Source of the DNA: Perkinsus olseni
Taxonomy: Eukaryota
Direction of reading: 5' to 3'
Assembly: GCA_013115125.1 (NCBI GenBank)
Contig: JABANN010000371.1
Coordinates: 1 to 34,647 of the forward strand
DNA length: 34,647 nucleotides
The position numbers and the translations under genes were made by a program. Below the pieces are notes generated by a model that had not been told where the DNA came from, ran no database searches, and saw nothing but the letters and a program-made list of their open reading frames with translations. Below are positions 34,292-34,647 of the stretch, piece after piece (position 1 is the stretch's first letter; the number at the start of each line of letters is the position of its first letter).

Positions 34292-34647
34292 TTTTGATGA
34301 TCCTCCGTGCGAGATCCCTCATGCTCCTACTCCCAGGTGCTATGGCCCTTCAAAGTAGCGCCAGCAAGAGTCAAACTGATGTGCACTTCATTCACCAATC
34401 GCTATTTTGGCAGTTGGGACTGCTTTTCAGTTGTCGTCGATCCCGAGGCAAATTGCTGACTTGGCTGGGCGAATCAGTTCTATAGAGAATGCTGTTAGGG
34501 ACATGTCGGTGAGTTTCCCGGGCGAAACCCTTTAGAATCTTGGGTTGAAGGTAGATGAACCCACGCATGTCACTGTGTCCAGATCCCGAACTCCGATGGA
34601 TCTGGAAGTTAGCGATCGCCCGAGATATCCGAAACGGCTGGCCGACC

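Overview
Eukaryotic genomic scaffold with two N-gaps. It carries many short GT-AG introns and abundant decaying paralogs. The style suggests a Perkinsus-like alveolate protist, which is inference only. Best-supported content: (1) a frameshifted tyrosine-recombinase (DIRS/Ngaro-type) retrotransposon at ~6.0-9.8 kb with CCCH-gag, RT, RNase H and YR, plus a second gag-only relic at 22.9-23.9 kb; (2) an intronless DHA1/TetA-like MFS transporter; (3) a ten-exon DCC1 homolog (minus strand) that the ORF track only shows in fragments, with two antisense tRNA-Gln(CTG) genes in one intron; (4) a decayed tandem duplicate of the DCC1 3' part that has kept a third, intact tRNA-Gln; (5) a secreted phytase-like esterase beta-propeller gene with frameshifts and an upstream relic paralog; (6) a GGGRRC zinc-finger-repeat (WRKY19-like) gene; (7) large unassigned multi-exon genes at 24-31 kb; (8) several satellites. 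Unusual signals are an iterated 14-mer (CGCGCCACGAAATT) on both strands in exons and introns, and a recurring class of inverted duplications with a 1-nt spacer, two of which sit at gene lesions. No CRISPR array or rRNA was seen. All protein assignments come from manual translation and motif recall, not database searches.
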